Source: an uncultured Flavobacteriales bacterium (lineage in GTDB: Bacteria; Bacteroidota; Bacteroidia; Flavobacteriales_D; Crocinitomicaceae). From it: a stretch of DNA of 30,489 bases. Under the pieces are notes generated by a model, which saw only the letters and a list, made by a program, of their open reading frames with translations, did no database searches and was not told the origin of the DNA. Shown in pieces: positions 17,491-27,600 of the stretch; the stretch's first letter is position 1; every line of letters begins with the position of its first letter. A program made the translations under genes and the position numbers. The stretch is taken from contig CAJQOB010000239.1 of assembly GCA_905479845.1 (NCBI GenBank), positions 1 to 30,489 on the forward strand. The letters run 5' to 3'.

Positions 17491-17585
17491 TTCTTTAACC
17501 TGTTATTTCTCACTTTAACCACAAAGACGCGGTTTGATATGTCAAGGCACAATGAGATTATCTACCCAAGATCGAATTAGGCAAC

Positions 17586-17617
17586 AAAAAAATCCCCAAC
17601 GTTTCCGTTGAGGATTT
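17586..17617 (-). terminator. Rho-independent terminator of the PPIase gene
   Basis: Minus strand ATCCTCAACG-GAAA-CGTTGGGGAT followed by a T run, about 35 bp after the stop at 17651. Confidence 0.85.
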
Positions 17618-17650
17618 CAATATTTCTACCTTCAATTAAGGATTTAACTC

Positions 17651-18970
17651 TTAGTGATCATGTCCATCATGCTCTCCATGATTATGACCATCATTCAAGT
17701 GGTGCTCGTGCTGTTCAACAGCTGGAGCCTGTACATCTCTAATTTCAAGATCAAACACTAGATCAGAATATGGTGGAATTGCCGCTCCACGGCCTTCTGC
17801 ACCGTATGCTGCATGGTAAGGAATGAAAATTTTTCCTTTCCCTCCTTTACCCATCAATCCTAATCCTTCTTCAAATCCAATAACCATTCGGTTCACTTTG
17901 TATTGGAAGTTCATTGGTTGACCGCGATTGTACGAAGCATCAAATTCTTTACCCGTCAAACGGAACGTTCCACGGTAATCTACAGACATTTTACTTCCTT
18001 TCGCAGGCTTCAGATCCTCTCCTGGGTTCTCAATAATGTAAACCAATCCAGAAGGAGATTGCTTCGCGTTAGGGTACTTTTCTAGGATCTCTTTGTACAT
18101 CAATTCGTTGTACGCAGGTGGTTTCATTTTTGAAATTTTCTCGATACGCGCTTGAAGTGCTGCTTTTTCAGCCTCCATTACTGCTGTTACTTCGGCAATT
18201 TTCGCATCCATCTCTGCTGCTCTGCTAGGATCCAATCGCTTAACTTCTCCACAAGCTTGGATTACTGAAGGATACTCTCCAGCCTCTTCCATTTTCACTA
18301 AGAAATCTTGAACTTCCTTCAACTGCTTGTCGCGAATCTCCTTTTGAACTTTGTTGAATTCTTCTGTCGCGTTCCATTTCTTCGCTGCTTTCCCTTTACG
18401 AATGATTTTCACCTTCGTCATCAAATCGTCCTGCTCGATAGCATTCACAACATCTTGTCCGAAAATTACATGTCCGAAAACAGAGTGTTTACCATCCAAC
18501 CAAGGCGTTGCTTTGTGCGTGATAAAAAATTGACTTCCGTTTGTTGCAGGTCCCGAGTTCGCCATTGACAAAATTCCAGGTCCTGAGTGTTTCAAATCTG
18601 GATGAAATTCATCTTCGAATCGGTGTCTTGGTCCTCCAGTTCCTTTTCCTAGTGGATCTCCACCTTGAATCATGAAATCCGCAATAACACGGTGAAACTT
18701 CAATCCATTGAAGAACTTCTCACTGTACTCACTTGTATCAGCAGTAAAGTCTCCTTCAGCAAGTCCCACAAAGTTGGCTACCGTCATTGGTGCTTTTTCA
18801 TGCTCCAATTTCACAATTATCAACCCTTTTGTTGTTTTGAATTGGGCGTAAATCCCAGCTTCCAATTTTGGTTTTTTGGGCTTCTTGACTTTATCTTTTC
18901 CTTTTTCAGATGCGAACGCACTCGTGCTAATCAATGCAACTGCGAAGAGGCTAAAAAGTAATCGTATCAT
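17651..18970 (-). CDS. Secreted cyclophilin-FKBP dual peptidyl-prolyl isomerase with a His-rich tail
   Basis: Signal peptide from ATG 18970. Cyclophilin motifs FHRVIADFMIQGGDP, MANSGPATNGSQFFIT and WLDGKHSVFG. FKBP motifs VDYRG, FDASY, IPYHAAYG and IPPYSDLVFDLE. Tail EQHEHHLNDGHNHGEHDGHDH. Confidence 0.93.
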   Translation of the reverse strand: MIRLLFSLFAVALISTSAFASEKGKDKVKKPKKPKLEAGIYAQFKTTKGLIIVKLEHEKAPMTVANFVGLAEGDFTADTSEYSEKFFNGLKFHRVIADFMIQGGDPLGKGTGGPRHRFEDEFHPDLKHSGPGILSMANSGPATNGSQFFITHKATPWLDGKHSVFGHVIFGQDVVNAIEQDDLMTKVKIIRKGKAAKKWNATEEFNKVQKEIRDKQLKEVQDFLVKMEEAGEYPSVIQACGEVKRLDPSRAAEMDAKIAEVTAVMEAEKAALQARIEKISKMKPPAYNELMYKEILEKYPNAKQSPSGLVYIIENPGEDLKPAKGSKMSVDYRGTFRLTGKEFDASYNRGQPMNFQYKVNRMVIGFEEGLGLMGKGGKGKIFIPYHAAYGAEGRGAAIPPYSDLVFDLEIRDVQAPAVEQHEHHLNDGHNHGEHDGHDH

Positions 18971-19057
18971 AAATGATTTTTTTTTTGAATTGTAAAAATA
19001 GTGTTTTCCACTTAAAGCTATAAGGACAAACATCTTGCCACCGTTAAAAACTGTGAA

Positions 19058-19936
19058 TCAATTGCGTTTGTCAATCCCCCACAACATTTTGTTCCGAATC
19101 GTGTCGAGGAAGTTATTGTCTTCGAATTTGATCACGTTAATCATGTAATCTGCCTTGCTTACGATCAATTCCTCTCCTTGTCTTATACTCATTGAATGAC
19201 CGTCCAAACTGGCCAAATACTTACGGCTTCGTCCTTCAACAGAAAGTTTAATTGGCATGTGATCTGGCACAACCATTGGTCGTACATTGAGGTTATGCGG
19301 TGCAATTGGCGTCAAAATATGTACTTGACAACCCGGTGTGATAATTGGACCTCCACAACTTAAACTATAAGCTGTTGATCCAGATGGCGTCGCAACAATC
19401 AATCCATCCGCCCAATATGAGTTTAAGTACTTTCCTTCTAATTCGGCGTGCACCGTAATCATTGTCGATGTATCTTTTTTCTGAAGTACAATTTCATTCA
19501 GAGCGACATTATTGTCCCCAAAAATATTGTCCTCCGTATCAACTTTGATCATCGAACGTTTTTGGTGAACATAGTTCTTGTTGTGTACCAAATCCATTGC
19601 CTCTTGAATGGAATCACGGTTTACGTTTGCCAAGAATCCTAGTCGCCCCGTATTGATCCCCAAAACAGGAACTCCCGAATCACGAACGAATTTGACATTC
19701 TTCATAAATGTACCATCCCCTCCAATACTAAAACTCAAATCAATTCCCGATTGCAAGTCTTTGTATGAGCTGAATTCATCTGTCTTTTCAGACAATCCAA
19801 TTTTCTTAACGAGGATTTCTTTGAGGTCAGTGTGTACGATTGGATTCCATCCGAAATCTTTCAATACACCCAAAAACTCCATGAAATAAGGTGAAGTTTG
19901 TTTGGTTACCCTCTGACCGTATATTGCGACATTCAT
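19058..19936 (-). CDS. nadK: NAD kinase
   Basis: GGDGT, GINTGRLGFL, ALNE and DGLIVATPSGSTAYSLSCGGPI motifs. Confidence 0.97.
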   Translation of the reverse strand: MNVAIYGQRVTKQTSPYFMEFLGVLKDFGWNPIVHTDLKEILVKKIGLSEKTDEFSSYKDLQSGIDLSFSIGGDGTFMKNVKFVRDSGVPVLGINTGRLGFLANVNRDSIQEAMDLVHNKNYVHQKRSMIKVDTEDNIFGDNNVALNEIVLQKKDTSTMITVHAELEGKYLNSYWADGLIVATPSGSTAYSLSCGGPIITPGCQVHILTPIAPHNLNVRPMVVPDHMPIKLSVEGRSRKYLASLDGHSMSIRQGEELIVSKADYMINVIKFEDNNFLDTIRNKMLWGIDKRN

Positions 19937-19938
19937 CT

Positions 19939-20601
19939 TTAAAAGTTCAAATAGTTCATAAGCGCGTCGTATCGGAATTTTAAATCTTCCGAATACTGAC
20001 TTTTCTGAAAAGACGCTTTAATTATGTATTCATAGCGTTCAAAGCTTCTAATAATACGATCGAGTTCAATTGTATTGATTTTCAATGTCACTTCGATATT
20101 CGTCGAGTCAGGTGAAGACATGATGTAAGAACTTAAGATCTTAGCATCGTTTCCTTCCACAATTTGAGCAATTTGCGCCATCGAGTAATCAGTTCTAGCC
20201 ATCTCCAGAACCAGAATCCCTCCGTTCTCTTTGATGCTACCTGTATTCGCAATAAGCGTCAACAAATGATGTACACCAGTACAGCCAATGTACTTCTCTT
20301 CCTGGTCCAAGATTGGAATTAAGCTCAACTTAAACTCCGCTATTCGCGCCAAAACTTGGTAAATGTGTTCCCCCGCATACGCAAATGGTTGCGGAAGATG
20401 TTGAAACAGCTTGTCAAGAGTCAAGTCTAAGTCCACTTGATCTAACAAATCAGCTTCAGAAATAACGCCTACGAAATTGCCTGATTTCAATACGGGAAGA
20501 TGGGAAACTTTGAATTCCTCCATCCAACTTAAGGCCTTTTCACCACTATCGGTATATTTCAGTGGTGGAATCTCATCTGTAATTAAATCTATTGCTCTCA
20601 T
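19939..20601 (-). CDS. CBS-domain protein with an ACT-like C-terminus (AcuB-like)
   Basis: Tandem CBS repeats (SHLPVLKSGNFVGVISEADL; LIPILDQEEKYIG) and C-terminal IAQIVEGNDAKILSSY...IIRSFERYEY. Confidence 0.85.
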   Translation of the reverse strand: MRAIDLITDEIPPLKYTDSGEKALSWMEEFKVSHLPVLKSGNFVGVISEADLLDQVDLDLTLDKLFQHLPQPFAYAGEHIYQVLARIAEFKLSLIPILDQEEKYIGCTGVHHLLTLIANTGSIKENGGILVLEMARTDYSMAQIAQIVEGNDAKILSSYIMSSPDSTNIEVTLKINTIELDRIIRSFERYEYIIKASFQKSQYSEDLKFRYDALMNYLNF

Positions 20602-20638
20602 TTCTTCTGCTAAAGTAGTATAATACTGATATACTTGT

Positions 20639-20646
20639 TACGTTTG
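20639..20646 (+). promoter_or_regulatory. Bacteroidota -7 promoter element (TACGTTTG) of pdxJ
   Basis: Exact TAnnTTTG match 21 bp upstream of the ATG. Confidence 0.6.
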
Positions 20647-20667
20647 TAAGGACAAAAATCGTACCGT

Positions 20668-21387
20668 ATGTCAGTGAAATTAAGTGTAAACGTGAACAAA
20701 ATTGCAACATTGCGTAATGCAAGAGGAGGAAACACTCCAAATGTTGTACAAGTAGCCAAGGATTGCGAGCGATTCGGAGCAGAAGGGATCACCGTTCATC
20801 CACGACCAGACGAGCGCCATATTACACGACAAGATGTCTTGGATTTGGCAGAAGTTGTCACGACTGAGTACAATATCGAAGGATATCCAAATGAACGATT
20901 CATGGATTTGGTTCTCGGAGTTAAACCAACTCAAGCGACATTGGTTCCAGACCCACCGCATGTGTTGACTTCAAACGCAGGTTGGGATACGAAAAAACAC
21001 TTGGATTTACTGAAAGATTTGGCTTCAACGTTTAAGGCCGAAGGAATCCGTTCTGCTATTTTTGTTGATACTGATCTTCAAAACATAGAGTATGCAGCGA
21101 AGTCTGGTGTTGACAGAATTGAATTGTATACTGGACCTTTTGCTGAGAATTATGAGGCTGATCCTCAAAAAGCCATTGCTGATTACGTGAAGGCTGCTGA
21201 ACTTGCCAATGAATTGGGACTGGAAATCAATGCCGGTCACGATTTAAGCTTGGACAATCTGCGCTTCTTCCAAGAAAACATACCTGCACTGAAGGAAGTA
21301 TCGATCGGACATGCTCTAATTTCAGATGCTTTGTACTTTGGATTGGAGAATACGGTTCAGATGTATTTGAGATTATTGAAAAGTTAA
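20668..21387 (+). CDS. pdxJ: Pyridoxine 5'-phosphate synthase
   Basis: [40 protein letters not shown] and EVSIGHALI motifs. Confidence 0.97.
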   Translation: MSVKLSVNVNKIATLRNARGGNTPNVVQVAKDCERFGAEGITVHPRPDERHITRQDVLDLAEVVTTEYNIEGYPNERFMDLVLGVKPTQATLVPDPPHVLTSNAGWDTKKHLDLLKDLASTFKAEGIRSAIFVDTDLQNIEYAAKSGVDRIELYTGPFAENYEADPQKAIADYVKAAELANELGLEINAGHDLSLDNLRFFQENIPALKEVSIGHALISDALYFGLENTVQMYLRLLKS

Positions 21388-21415
21388 CTAGTGTAATTTC
21401 CTTAAACGCAAACAG

Positions 21416-22015
21416 TCATTCAGTAATCTTTTTCTTCTTTGATCGTGATAACAACATTACGCTTATTAAAAGAAATAGAAATCCAAATATGGCAGCGATG
21501 ACTAAAATGGCCAACTCCGTTAGTCCTAAACTAGCACCCAGAAAAATAATAGCTAAAGTCAGGCCAATACCCGATAGAATTGCGAATAGAATTCCTGATG
21601 ATTTACGGTCTTTACTTTTTACACCTGCTTTTTGCGGTTTTTCACTCTCCACAGAATCCAACTCTCCTTCTTTTTGCGAAACCTCGTAGAGGATCTGTTC
21701 AGACGGTGGACCATCGTTACCAAAATCCGTTTGTTCTATTGGAGCGACCTCAAGTTTAGATTGATTTTCAATTAATTCTACTGAACTTAGGTCTTCCCTT
21801 TCCAAGTCGAAGGTAACTTCACTCAGTTCTTCAGTTGACTTTTCAATATTACCATCCTTGGATATTAATTCTCTCGGCAATTTTTCAGTTACTGTTTTGG
21901 CAGTGCGTGTTTTTGAATTCCATTGAACATGCCACCCTGGACGGTGCATTCGTTTCTGCATAGTGCACGAACCGAGAAAAAACATTACGAGTAAATACGT
22001 GAGGACTAATTTCAT
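21416..22015 (-). CDS. Hypothetical lipoprotein with two C-terminal TM helices
   Basis: ATG 22015, lipobox LGSC followed by TMQKRMHRPGWHVQW, an acidic low-complexity middle and two hydrophobic helices at the C-terminus. Confidence 0.7.
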   Translation of the reverse strand: MKLVLTYLLVMFFLGSCTMQKRMHRPGWHVQWNSKTRTAKTVTEKLPRELISKDGNIEKSTEELSEVTFDLEREDLSSVELIENQSKLEVAPIEQTDFGNDGPPSEQILYEVSQKEGELDSVESEKPQKAGVKSKDRKSSGILFAILSGIGLTLAIIFLGASLGLTELAILVIAAIFGFLFLLISVMLLSRSKKKKITE

Positions 22016-22178
22016 AAATTCTAACTTTGGGTGCAAGTTAGCCACAGTTATATCCACATGATTACTGAATGACATAGGGTGAAAAATGGTAGTTGCGTAG
22101 ATCACAAGTACTTTTGTGACATTACCCACTTTAACTCTATGAACTAGAACATTTTTTTGTCTGGACCATTTACCTTAC

Positions 22179-24515
22179 TTAAATAACCTCGAACGAAACA
22201 GTCTGTGTCGCGCCGAATTCATCCACCAAGGTGAGCGTGTGTTTCCCAGGTTCAGGTGAGGCCTTCATCTGATGAAATGTCGATGTTGTTCCTAAAAAAT
22301 GGTCATCCAAATGCCAATAAATTGTCGAAGACTTATTCCGACAACTGGCTTCAAGAACAATCGCTCCCTTCCCTCCATCTAGATCACGTGAAAGCTGAAT
22401 TCGCGCATTCTTTGTTGGGTATCTCAGATAGAAACTTTGCAAGGAATTGTTTACTCCGCAACCTTCCATCCAAGGTGGCAAATCCTTATAATTTGGATGG
22501 TGCGCTTGATAATACTGCGCATTCAAAGGTGGAAGAATGAACCAAACAGGATGTTTCATTTCAAATACACCAACGCATTCGTCCGTTACACGATATTTCT
22601 CACTTGGGTCGAGGTGAATTTCCTGATGATAAGGACAAGCACTTTTCTCCAAAGATGAAGTTGGAATCGTTGATTTCACTTTTGTTGGGCATAGTTCATT
22701 TGCACGATGACCGCTTTCGGAACAAATAGCTACCTCAGATTGATATTCGCTTGGAGCCTTGAACCACTCTCCCGTCATTGGAAGTTGATTCACAATTCGA
22801 AACAAAAGTGGCGCTGCAGCTTGAAAACCTGTTAATCCAGGCCTTCCCTCACCATCGGCGTTTCCAACCCAAACCGCAACGACATACTCGGGTGTGACTG
22901 CAATCGACCACGCATCACGAAACCCAAAACTCGTCCCAGTCTTCCATGCAATTTTCCGAGAGGAATCAAACATTTCCCAATGATGATCGCTCCCAGGGCG
23001 CTTCAAGTTCGTCATCACCTCAAACATTTGATATAGAGCAGAGGGATTGGTTTTCGAAGGAATCGATTCCAACTTCTGATTCCTATCGCAACAAATTCCC
23101 GTTGAACTACCATCATTTACCTCTTGTGCCATTCGCGTATATGCATTGGTGAGGTTCTCCAAACTGATTTCCGCACCACCCAAAATCAAGGAAAGTCCAT
23201 AATGTCGTGAAGATCGATTGATCGTTTCAAATTCGTATTGCTGTAGATTCCGATGGAACTTCCCCAATCCATAGTTATTCAAAAGATGTACGAAAGGAAT
23301 ATTCAAACTCTGGGCCAATGCATCATCCGCATGAACGTAACCATCGTAGGTTTCAGAATAGTTGAGTGGTGTGAAATTTCCAAATTTCGAGGGGACATCT
23401 GGTAAAAGCATCTTGGGAGTAATGATTCCAGCCTCCAAACTCTTTGCATACAAAAAAGGCTTCAACACACTTCCAGAACTTCGAGGAGCGTTCGCACAAT
23501 TCACAAAGGATTCGTTGGAGCCATCTGATCGATGCACATTTCCCACGTACGATAGAATTTCACCTGTTTTCACAGATGCAACAATCACTGCTCCGTTTTC
23601 AATGTGGTTGTGCGCCAAAAACTGCTGATGCATTCCGAGTTCTCTCGTTACTCGCGTTTGCAGATCAAACTGCAGAGTAGAATGAATCGTTTCTCCTTTT
23701 CGTCCTTCAGCGATAAACTTCTGCAACAAGTGTGATGCCTTTTGAGGCAAAGGAACCGGTCGATTTGGAATGCCCTCTGCTATCGACAATTCATACTCCG
23801 TTTTGTCAATGATACCTTCCTTGTGCAAATGCTTCAATAGCCGATTTCGTTTCTTGGTGAGCGCATCTCTATTCTTTCCAGGGTGGATTAAACCCGGAGC
23901 ATTCGGGAGCACAGCAAGCGTTGCACTTTCCGCCCAGCTCAGTTGATCGGCGGAACGATTAAAGTAACGCCAAGCCGCTGCATCCAACCCCACAACATTA
24001 CCTCCGAAAGGTGCATTTGAAGCGTACATCGCTAAGATTTCTTTCTTCGAATAGCACAGTTCCATGCGGGTAGCGAGGAAAATCTCGTAGAGTTTTTGCG
24101 AATAGGTTCTTGGTGGGTTTTTCTCCATTAATCGAATGACTTGCATGCTGATCGTACTCGCCCCAGAAACTACTCTTTGGCTCGATACATTCTGTATCAA
24201 AGCTCTCCCCAATGATGAAAAATTGACTCCACGATGTGAGAGAAATTCGCGGTCTTCAAATTCAATTAGGCAGATAGCGATCTTTGGTGGAACTCTTTCA
24301 CAAGGAGCAAATCGCCACTGACCGTCATCGGCAATGGTTGCATTTAACAGCTTTCCATCAGTATCTAACAACACCGTTGATTTCGGATTGGAAAAAAGTG
24401 TCTCCGGCAGGCAATCGATGTACCAAATCACGAAAACCGCAAAGCAAAACGCAACTAGTTTGCGCCGATATTTCCGCCAGAGACCTAAAAAATTCAATAC
24501 AAAAGCACGTATCAT
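22179..24515 (-). CDS. pbpC: Penicillin-binding protein 1C
   Basis: Transglycosylase motifs EFEDREFLSHRGV and GASTISMQ. Transpeptidase motifs SVLK (SxxK), SLN (SxN) and KTG. C-terminal IYWHLDDHFLG...PGKHTLTLVDEFG domain. ATG 24515 preferred. Confidence 0.95.
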   Translation of the reverse strand: MIRAFVLNFLGLWRKYRRKLVAFCFAVFVIWYIDCLPETLFSNPKSTVLLDTDGKLLNATIADDGQWRFAPCERVPPKIAICLIEFEDREFLSHRGVNFSSLGRALIQNVSSQRVVSGASTISMQVIRLMEKNPPRTYSQKLYEIFLATRMELCYSKKEILAMYASNAPFGGNVVGLDAAAWRYFNRSADQLSWAESATLAVLPNAPGLIHPGKNRDALTKKRNRLLKHLHKEGIIDKTEYELSIAEGIPNRPVPLPQKASHLLQKFIAEGRKGETIHSTLQFDLQTRVTRELGMHQQFLAHNHIENGAVIVASVKTGEILSYVGNVHRSDGSNESFVNCANAPRSSGSVLKPFLYAKSLEAGIITPKMLLPDVPSKFGNFTPLNYSETYDGYVHADDALAQSLNIPFVHLLNNYGLGKFHRNLQQYEFETINRSSRHYGLSLILGGAEISLENLTNAYTRMAQEVNDGSSTGICCDRNQKLESIPSKTNPSALYQMFEVMTNLKRPGSDHHWEMFDSSRKIAWKTGTSFGFRDAWSIAVTPEYVVAVWVGNADGEGRPGLTGFQAAAPLLFRIVNQLPMTGEWFKAPSEYQSEVAICSESGHRANELCPTKVKSTIPTSSLEKSACPYHQEIHLDPSEKYRVTDECVGVFEMKHPVWFILPPLNAQYYQAHHPNYKDLPPWMEGCGVNNSLQSFYLRYPTKNARIQLSRDLDGGKGAIVLEASCRNKSSTIYWHLDDHFLGTTSTFHQMKASPEPGKHTLTLVDEFGATQTVSFEVI

Positions 24516-24603
24516 CCCGTATTTTTTACTCCAAATTAGTATTCGCTTAGAATTCGTAGCCTTCCTTTTATTATTCGTCGGGGACTTACCCAAAACTGTT
24601 TCC

Positions 24604-24611
24604 TATATTTG
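24604..24611 (+). promoter_or_regulatory. Bacteroidota -7 promoter element (TATATTTG) of the sensor kinase operon
   Basis: Exact TAnnTTTG match. It overlaps the ORF-track TTG at 24609, which implies the true start is TTG 24633. Confidence 0.6.
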
Positions 24612-24632
24612 ATTATTCAAATCTCGAAGCAC

Positions 24633-27600
24633 TTGAAACAACGATTATTTCTGATATTCATGGTACTCCTGTTCACTCAGTTCGGGCATGCTCAGCAATA
24701 TAATTTCAAGAATTATTCGGTAAAAAACGGGATTGCACAATCACAAGTTTATAGCATCATTCAAGATTCCCGTGGGTATATGTGGATGGGAACTTACGGT
24801 GGAGGAATCAATTCTTTTGACGGTTGGAACTTCAATACCTTGACGCAACGAGATGGTTTGGGCAGCAACTATGTTTACGACATAAAGGAAGATTCAGAAA
24901 AGAACATTTGGATTGCAACCAAGGCAGGAATATCCAAATACAACGGTCAGACATTCACAAATTTCAGCAATGGAAATCGTGTTCGAAAAATAGCATTTGA
25001 TGCAAAAGGACAGTTGTTTCTTGCCTCAGACAGAGGTATTGCGAAGTTTAATAACGGCAATTTCATTAATCTACTCGACGGGATAGAGTTGAAGGATAAA
25101 AATGTGCGAACGCTCTCCGTCAAAGACGAAGATCATATCTTTTTTGGTACGGCGAAGGGGTTTTATCAGTTGATTCGAAAGAATGGAAAATACGAACTCA
25201 TCAATTATGGAGACAAGCACCCAGTGATGACTAACGCCATTGCCTCCATAACTCCAGACAAAAATGGAAATTATTGGATCGGAACTTTCGGGGATGGAGC
25301 ATATCGATTTAACGGGAAAACATTTTCAAGAATTGACTACCACCGTGAATTGTTCACTCAAACGGTGCATGGAATCACAATCGATTCCAAGGGACTCATT
25401 TGGTTTTCTACCCTTTCAGGTGTTATCCAGTACAACCCAAACAATCAGCAATTTTCCAATTTAAATCAAGAACACGGACTGGCGAATAACCACGTTCGAA
25501 CGGTTTGTGAAGATGTGAATGGAAATTACTGGATTGGAACATCAGGTGGTGGTGTCTCCCATTATTTGGGTAGACAATTCACGACCTACACGAAATCCAA
25601 TGGGCTTGGAGGGAATTTCATTTACTCTGTTTTTCGAGATTCAAATGGATCACTCTGGATCGGCAATTCAAAAAATGGCGTAAGCGTTTTATCTGGAAGC
25701 AAATGGACGAACTTTAACGAATCCAATGGCTTTGAAAACATCAAAGTTAAGTCAATCGGGGAAGCGAACGGACGCATTATCTTGGGTACGGAGCGTGATG
25801 GAATTTACACCTACGATGGAGAGAGCTTCGAAGCAATTCCTGAGTTCAAGCGAATGCTCATTCGATCAGTGATTACTGACAAGAACGGGATTGCTTGGAT
25901 TGCGACAGGAGGAGATGGAATCTTTTCTCTTTCATGGACCAATAACAAACCAAACATCAAGCATTTTGACCGAAACAATGGACTCCCAGACAATTGGATT
26001 ACTACCCTACATTGTGACAAGTGGAATCGGATTTGGTACGGAACGGAAAATACAGGAATCGGGCAAATCGCTAAGGGAAAACCAACACTTAGGATCAAAG
26101 AAGAGGATGGGTTAACATCGAACACCATTCGTTCGTTTGCCGAAGATCAATCTGGGAATTTATGGATTGGAACGGCTGGAGAAGGAGTTTGTCGCATTGA
26201 GCTTTATTCCAAAAAGAGAACTGTAAGAACGCTGAATTCAAAAGTGGAATTGAGTTCGCAAAACATCTACTTACTCACCATCGACGACGAAAACAACCTC
26301 ATCATTGGATCGGAAAAAGGATTGGATTATCTCTATTTGAATGAAAATCGTGTAATCAAAGAACTCATTCATTTTGCCGACGAAGAAGGCTTCGCAGGAG
26401 TTGAAACATGTACAAATTCTGTTTTTAAGGACAAAGATGGTTCGATTTGGTTTGGAACAATTAACGGACTCAATCACTACAACGGCACACAGCGCATTCG
26501 AAACACTCAAGCCCCAAATGTGAATTTGTTGGATGTGAAATTGTATTACGAAAGTATTCGTACGAATGACGATTTCGAAACGAATGAGTCTTGGAATGAC
26601 TGGAATTCAATTGATCTCGCATACAATGACAATCACATCACCTTTGAATTTCTAGGCATCAATCAGATTGCGCCAAACAAAGTTCGCTACAAATGGAAAT
26701 TGGATGGATTTGATGAGAAATGGTCACCAGAATCAGAAGAACGCAGTATCCTCTACTCCAACCTGAATGCAGGAACTTACACCTTCATGGTCAAGGCTTG
26801 CAACGAAGAAGGAATTTGGAGTGAACCTGTTTCATTTGAGCTGACTGTTGCAAAACCCTATTGGAAAACATGGTGGTTCCTATTCGCTTGTGTTGGTGGT
26901 GGACTCCTTGTTGCAGGAGCTATTTTCTTATTGATTTTGAGAAGATCAAAGCGCAAAGGAATCGAAGAACGTCGGAAATTGGAAATGGAAAATCAAATCA
27001 TGGAGTTGGAACGAAAAGCTCTTCGACTGCAGATGAACCCACATTTCATTTTCAATGCGTTTAACTCGATTCAGTCATTAGTGGGGACTGACAAGGAAGA
27101 CGACGCTCGTTACTACCTGGCAAAATTCTCCCGATTAATGCGGAGTATTCTAGACAATTCTGGAAAGTCATTGATCACACTTCAGGAAGAAATTGAAACA
27201 CTTGAAAACTACTTGATGATTGAGAAGTTCTGTAATGGAAACCGCTTCGATTACACCGTGAATTTCGATCAAAATCTGGAAACTTCGTTCATATCGATAC
27301 CTCCGATGTTAATCCAACCTTTTGTAGAAAACGCCATCAAACATGGGTTCAAATTCGACGAAAGTGAATCTGATAAGCGCGGGAATTTAAGCGTGAGTTT
27401 TTCTGAAAAGGACAATGTGTTAAGTTGCAGCATTCGTGACAACGGCATCGGGCGAAAACGTTCAGGGAAATTAAACGAAGAAAGCAAGGAAACCTATCAC
27501 ACATCTGCAGGACTAAGTGTTACCAAAGAACGATTAGATGTCCTCAAACGCGAAAAAGGTATTGGAGAATTAATCATCAACGACCTCCAAGATGTCGAGG

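Noticed and set aside
17516-17534. AACCACAAAGACGCGGTT as a REP-like remnant
   Set aside because: It is a single short copy with a 4-bp stem, too little to support.
17279-17650. CRISPR array, tRNA or IS element in the largest intergenic region
   Set aside because: There are no regularly spaced identical repeats, no cloverleaf, no terminal inverted repeats with a target duplication and no transposase.
18977-18986. 10-nt homopolymer (A10 on the coding strand) as a phase-variation tract in the PPIase gene
   Set aside because: It lies upstream of the likely ATG (18970) that begins a good signal peptide. A-rich leaders are normal in Bacteroidota, so slippage would not shift the frame.
24516-24593. 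N-terminal extension of PbpC given by the ORF track
   Set aside because: It would leave almost no room for divergent promoters. ATG 24515 gives a typical basic stretch plus TM anchor.
24609-24632. TTG 24609 as the kinase start codon
   Set aside because: It falls within the TATATTTG promoter element. TTG 24633 gives a clean signal peptide.
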